Source: Eledone cirrhosa (taxonomy: Eukaryota). From it: a stretch of 64,000 nt of DNA. Position 1 is the stretch's first letter. Each line of letters starts with the position of its first letter. This document shows, one piece after another, positions 57,649 to 64,000 of the stretch. The position numbers and the translations under genes are program-made. Under the pieces are notes generated by a model. That model was given only the letters and a program-made list of their open reading frames with translations. It was not told where the DNA came from and did not search any database. The stretch is from positions 17,670,001 through 17,734,000 of the forward strand of contig OZ024762.1 of NCBI GenBank assembly GCA_964016885.1. Direction: 5' to 3'.

Positions 57649-58035
57649 GATCGTGTCTGATTGTGGATGTGGCCTGCCCTTTCGACACGAGAGTGCAAGA
57701 GAAGGAGAGGGAGAAAATTAACCGATACCAGGACCTAAAGTGGGAGGTGAAAAGGATTTGGAACTGCCATGAAGTCAAAGTGATCCCGATTGTCATAGGC
57801 GCACTGGGGACTATCTCCAAAAGTTTCCAGGGATGGTTAAAGAAAATCGGCCCCTTCACGCTTTTTGGAACGCTTCAAAAGGCATGCTTGCTGGGAACAG
57901 CAAGAACCCTCCGATACGTCCTGAATATCTGAGGCTGCAGGTAGTGGCTTGATATTCATTCCAACGGACTTTCCAGTTAACCAACATCAATGACTGAGAT
58001 TCAAGGAATAACAACAATAATAATAATAATAATAA
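57645..58035 (+). mobile_element. R4/Dong-clade LINE 3' end (restriction-like endonuclease domain) in an (AAT)n tract
   Basis: CLIVDVACPFDTRVQEKEREKINRYQDLKWEVKRIW..VKVIPIVIGALG..LQKACLLGTARTLR is the classic RLE C-terminus; stop at 57932; (AAT)n on both sides. Confidence 0.88.
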
Positions 58036-58531
58036 TCGTTTCTACTTTTTTTGGCACAAGGCCAGCAATTACCAAGTGTATTACTGGTACTTTATTTTAT
58101 CGACCTCGTAAGGATGAAAGGCAAAGCTAACCTCAACGGGATTTGAACTCCGAATGTAAAGGGCCATAACTCTATGCCATGAAGTAGGGTGTCCAGTGCT
58201 CTACCGATTACAGCCAATCCACCAATAATAACAATACCTTCTAAGTGACAAACCAATCTCGATAGATTCCTGGTAAAATTAACGTGTAAGTTGCTGAGCT
58301 TTCCACAGACATGTATACCTTACAACTAAGTCTCAGGGAGATCCAGTGAAGGACAATGTGAAATAGGGCTAGCCATTTAATTTACTGGTGCAGTCAATAT
58401 TGTATTATAGTTATGGAGTTCATATCCCGCCGAGGTTAACTTTGCCTTTCATCCTTACGGGGTCGATAAAATAAAGTACCAGTAATGTACTGGGGTAATT
58501 GCTGGTCTTGTGCCAAAAGTAGAAACAATTA
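58031..58531. mobile_element. family A SINE copies (58031-58222 -, 58416-58531 +)
   Basis: Match the family consensus. Confidence 0.82.
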
Positions 58532-58717
58532 TAGTGTATGTGGCCGAGTATTTGAATGACACGTGTACGCTAAACGTAGTTCGCAGGGAGAGTCAGTGGG
58601 AGACGATGTGTAATAAAGAGAGAGACATATGACTTAGAGGTGCAATCTATAAAACAGGCTTCCAAAACGACATATTTTTGTCGTTTTCGTTTCCTCAGTT
58701 TCACCCACAAGACTGAG

Positions 58718-59640
58718 GGCAATACAGGATATAGTAAATAAATCTTGATCAAGATATCTCACGGCAATACAGGGATATGGTAAATAAATCTTGACCAAGA
58801 TATCTCACGGCAATACAGGGATATGGTAAATAAATCTTGACCAAGATATCTCACGGCAATACAGGGATATGGTAAATAAATCTTGACCAAGATATCTCAC
58901 GGCAATACAGGGATATGGTAGATAAATCCTGACCAAGATATCTCACGGCAATACAGGGATATGGTAAATAAATCTTGACCAAGATATCTCACGGCAATAC
59001 AGAGATATCGTAAATAAATCTTGACCAAGATATCTCACGGCAATACAGGGATATGGTAGATAAATCTTGACCAAGATATCTCACGGCAATACAGAGATAT
59101 CGTAAATAAATCTTGACCAAGATATCTCACGGCAATACAGGGATATGGTAAATAAATTTTGACCAAGATATCTCACGGCAATACAGGGATATGGTGTAAA
59201 TAAATCTTGACCAAGATATCTCACGGCAATACAGGGATATGGTAAATAAATCTTGACCAAGATATCTCACGGCAATACAGTGATATGGTAAATAAATCTT
59301 GACCAAGATATCTCACAGCAATACAGGGATATGGTAAATAAATCTTGACCAAGATATCTCACGGCAATACAGTGATATGGTAAATAAATCTTGACCAAGA
59401 TATCTCACGGCAATACAGGGATATGGTAAATAAATCTTGACTAAGATATCTCACAGCAATACAGGGATATGGTAGATAAATCTTGACCAAGATATCTCAC
59501 GGCAATACAGGGATATGGTAAATAAATCTTGACCAAGATATCTCACAGCAATACAGTGATATGGTAAATAAATCTTGACCAAGATATCTCACAGCAATAC
59601 AGGGATATGGTAAATAAATCTTGACCAAGATATCTCACGG
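58718..59640. repeat. 46-bp minisatellite (GGCAATACAGGGATATGGTAAATAAATCTTGACCAAGATATCTCAC), about 20 copies
   Basis: Directly visible; period of 46. Confidence 0.97.
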
Positions 59641-60316
59641 TGGCAGGATACAAAATGACACCTTCTGATTGCAGAGCAAACTTTTTGAATCATTTGGCCA
59701 TGCTGGGCCTATTCTGATACACTACACCCCCACAACAGACACTACACCATACCACAACACAGACCCCCCCCCCACAGACACTAGACCACGCCACAGACAC
59801 CCCTCACCATCCACCATTTGACCCTAAATAACAAATACCACACAAACATCTGACCCGCAAGTTGTTTATATACATATATATTCAATACATAAACAGAGAA
59901 AGCCTTAAGCGATACTCCGACCAACTCCATCTCACTCAACAAACATTAGGATATACTTAAGTATTATCCCAATTTAGTGTTTGGGGTGCTAACTATTCAG
60001 TATTTCGTGGATAGCTGGTTGTACTATTTTATATGAGACATTATTAAATAAATATCTCTTTCCTTCCAGACGATCGTTTCGATATAAGATTTCTACAATT
60101 TGGGATAAATAACTTCCAGGTTATGTAGAAACTTGGGGCAAGGGAGGATGGCAATTATATTTATATTGAGTATATTCCGCTGTTCCAACATTCGCGGGTC
60201 CCAGTTATTCAAGGAAATTCCCTTAAACCTAACTAATACTTTTTCCAAGAAACGACCGCATATTCGCAGAATTGTAAATACCTTCTCTGATGTTTTTATG
60301 GCTTTTTTCGTGGCTT

Positions 60317-60495
60317 GGCAGTATTGGTAGAGGGTCTGACGCCATGCTTTGACGCATAGAGTTCGGCCCTTGCCATTCTGAGTTCAAATCCCGCCGAGGT
60401 TAACTTTGCCTTTCATCCTTACGGGGTCGATAAAATAAAGTACCAGTAATGCACTGAGCAATTGCTGGCCTTGTGCCAAAAGTAGAAACAATTAT
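60317..60495 (+). mobile_element. SINE family A
   Basis: Full-length match to the consensus. Confidence 0.9.
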
Positions 60496-60703
60496 ATGTT
60501 TATTCACGTCTCTCAACCCTAGCTAATCAATAACAATATTGACATACCGTAGTGGTTGGCCTATATTTCACATCACATTTTGACGTTTATAGGCATTTTT
60601 ATTAACCACGTTCAATATTCGCGGTTTTTCACTCTTTGTGTGGGCTCTAGGAAATAGAGAGACACACATATATATATATGTGTGTGTATGTATATATATA
60701 TAT

Positions 60704-60736
<33 letters not shown>

Positions 60737-60764
60737 CATACACACATATATATATGTGTGTATG

Positions 60765-60847
<83 letters not shown>

Positions 60848-60883
60848 ATATATATATATATATATACATATATGTAGATATAC

Positions 60884-60924
<41 letters not shown>

Positions 60925-60935
60925 TGTAGATATAC

Positions 60936-60981
<46 letters not shown>

Positions 60982-61116
60982 ATATATATATATATATAGA
61001 TACATATATGTATGTATCTATATATATATATATATAGATACATATGTGTATGTATATATATACATATATTTATGTATATATATATATACATATATGTATG
61101 TATATATACATATATT

Positions 61117-61148
<32 letters not shown>

Positions 61149-61239
61149 CCATATATGTATGTATATATACATATATGTATGTATATATATATATACATAT
61201 ATGTATGTATATATACATATATGTATGTATATATTATGT

Positions 61240-61848
61240 CAGGTCATCATTTGGTGCTACTGGTAACATGTATCCCAGTACAACCTGTTCCATGGTCGAG
61301 TTCTTGGCGACTAAACTGGCAACCCCACCAAGGTTGCTTGGTGAGGAGGGTGACTTTGGACATCCTGCAGGACTAAAAACAAAACCTGTCAAAGGGCAAA
61401 GGAGCTCTTAAGAGTTAATGTCCATCCAAAATCACCGGGAGAGATGACCCCTTAGCCTTTGTCAAGGCAGAATTCTAGGAGAAGGAAAACTCTGATATAA
61501 TACCTGCAACCCTGATGGTATCCAATGATGTTGACTTGTTCTTCTTTTTGGTAAATATCATCTTGGTTAAGAGAGTGGGACTGGCTTTGTGCAGTGCCCT
61601 TTGCTCACTATAAAAGCTTCACGGCACAGGCATTGCTTTATATCTGGAGATCTCTCTGCACTTGTCATCACATGGTACCATGAGCCCCAGCACTATGTGT
61701 CAATAATTGTCACAAGTGTAGTATTTGTACCAGAGTTTACAAGTCGCTGGTTGGACTAAAAAGTCACACTCGTTCAGCGCATCGGTAGAAGTTCTCCTAT
61801 ATGGATATAAAGTAGTGGCCGTACTCGAAAACGAGTTGGCAGCCACCA
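61240..61848 (+). mobile_element. non-autonomous RTE-derived retroelement (longest copy)
   Basis: Colinear with 30450-30998 and extends about 50 bp further 5'. Confidence 0.78.
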
Positions 61849-61850
61849 TG

Positions 61851-61893
<43 letters not shown>

Positions 61894-62332
61894 GCTTCCC
61901 CCTCGTTATCAAGTATGGCCATTGCACGATATAACATGATTAATAATTATCAATTAATGCTATTGTGCAATGCCTGTGCATGAAGATGTTTTTTAAAGTG
62001 AGGAAAGACTGTGCACTGAGCCAATCCCACTCTCTGAGCGACAGTAACTATAACCTGAAAAGAAGAAAAGATCAACATCATCGGTAAATACTGAGCCGAA
62101 GGTTTTATATCGGAGTTATCCCAGTTTCCTGAGTTGCCTTCTCCTAGAAGAACGCCCTGACAAAGGCTAGGGGGTCCTTTACTCCTAGTGCTTTAACTGC
62201 ACGATCGGGTATCCAGCCTGATTATTTTTTTGTCCCCGCGAATATATATACACATGTATATACATACATATGTATATATATATATATATATCTACACACT
62301 TTTGGATGGCCGTTGACTCTTATGAGTTCTTG

Positions 62333-62368
<36 letters not shown>

Positions 62369-62397
62369 TATATATATACACACACATATATATATAT

Positions 62398-62438
<41 letters not shown>

Positions 62439-62478
62439 TATATATACACATATATATATATATATACACACACACATA

Positions 62479-62550
<72 letters not shown>

Positions 62551-62735
62551 ACACACTTTTATATATATATATATATCTACACACTTTTGGATGGCCGTTG
62601 ACTCTTATGAGTATATATATATACACACACATATATATATATATATAAACACACTCACATATATATACAAATACACACACACACACACATATATATAATA
62701 TACATATACACACACACATACATATATATATATAT

Positions 62736-62810
<75 letters not shown>

Positions 62811-63187
62811 TCTCTCCGCCCTTTTCTTTATTATTTATTACCTTATTCTCAATATCTCATTTTAATCCCTCCTGATTGGTCAATTATGAATGACATCATC
62901 AATTGCTTTGCTTACCCAACTTTTTTTTTTCTCTCTTCAGAATGAATTTCTATTAAGTGTTGTATTGAAGTATGGATGTCATTAACTGAACAAATGGGAA
63001 ACACTTCTGTTTACACACTGGCATACTCTGTTAATAGACTTGACAACCTTCCATACAGACATATTCCACGTACACACACACATATCTGAGAAGCACAGAC
63101 ATATATACACATGCACCACATATATACATACACTATTCTGCGAGAGACACAACCATATATATATACATACACATATCTGACAGGCAC

Positions 63188-63227
<40 letters not shown>

Positions 63228-63313
63228 TTCACACATATACACACATCTGAGTGACACAACCATATGCACACACCACATATATATATATAAACACATCTGA
63301 GAGAGACACAACC

Positions 63314-63349
<36 letters not shown>

Positions 63350-63435
63350 TTCACACATATACACACATCTGAGTGACACAACCATATGCACACACCACAT
63401 ATATATATATATACACACATCTGAGAGAGACTCAA

Positions 63436-63497
<62 letters not shown>

Positions 63498-63573
63498 ATA
63501 CACATTTGAAAGATACAATCATATATATACACCATGAACACAAACATATATATACACATCTGAGAGGCACAAC

Positions 63574-63627
<54 letters not shown>

Positions 63628-63633
<6 letters not shown>

Positions 63634-63920
63634 AAAGTTCTATTTAAAATTGTTGGGATACAACAAGTAAATATTTTTATAACTGATATAAAGCACTCGA
63701 CAAGTATTTGGAGTAGATATACGATATTAATAAATATCCAGATGGCTTCCAAAAATAATGGTTGCATTTTAAGAGGGTACGTCAAAGTTTATTTGTAAAA
63801 CTGTTATATATTGTATTTTGTCTGATGAAGGCATACCATAATTTAATTTGGTATCCCTGAAATATGTATAATGAAATAAATATGGTTTTATAAATATAGT
63901 TTCCATTTATTAATATCGTA
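63628..63920. mobile_element. Penelope-like repeat with hammerhead motif (63814-63878 +) and inverted left segment
   Basis: 63800-63920 matches 42908-43028; 63628-63735 is the reverse complement of about 43015-43115. Confidence 0.7.
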
Positions 63921-64000
63921 TATATATATATATATATATATATGGGATAACAAGTTATCGTTATAGGTAATACAGTTAGAGGTTCTGAGTACTCAGCGTC

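Noticed and set aside
58718-59640. CRISPR-like periodic arrays (also 1-1960 and 33762-35363)
   Set aside because: Units are head-to-tail with no unique spacers, no cas genes are present, and the context is eukaryotic.
60040-60130. Hammerhead half-sites GAAACGATCGTC (-), also 52415-52430 and 56058-56070
   Set aside because: No matching CUGANGA box or stem I was found; too degenerate to call.

Overview
AT-rich, microsatellite-saturated animal DNA. The repeat landscape looks like an Octopus-type cephalopod genome; this is an inference from recalled SINE/LINE families and the extreme (TA)n/(CA)n load. One convincing protein-coding region is present: an uninterrupted 378-codon ORF at 27670-28806 (+) encoding a secreted Trunk/PTTH-family cystine-knot precursor. 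Almost all other ORFs in the track are simple-repeat artefacts. The rest is tRNA-derived SINEs (about 20 copies of one family), RTE, CR1, Tx1/L1-like and R4/Dong LINE fragments, mariner remnants, Helitron-like elements, MITEs and several minisatellites. The most unusual non-coding signal is at least five unrelated short repeat families that sit in (TA)n tracts, carry minimal type I hammerhead-ribozyme motifs with palindromic stem III loops (Penelope-like), and recur as fold-back inverted duplications. Two minisatellites can be traced to the repeat they arose from. A few isolated candidate exons suggest other long-intron genes may overlap the window. All calls were made by eye, without database searches.
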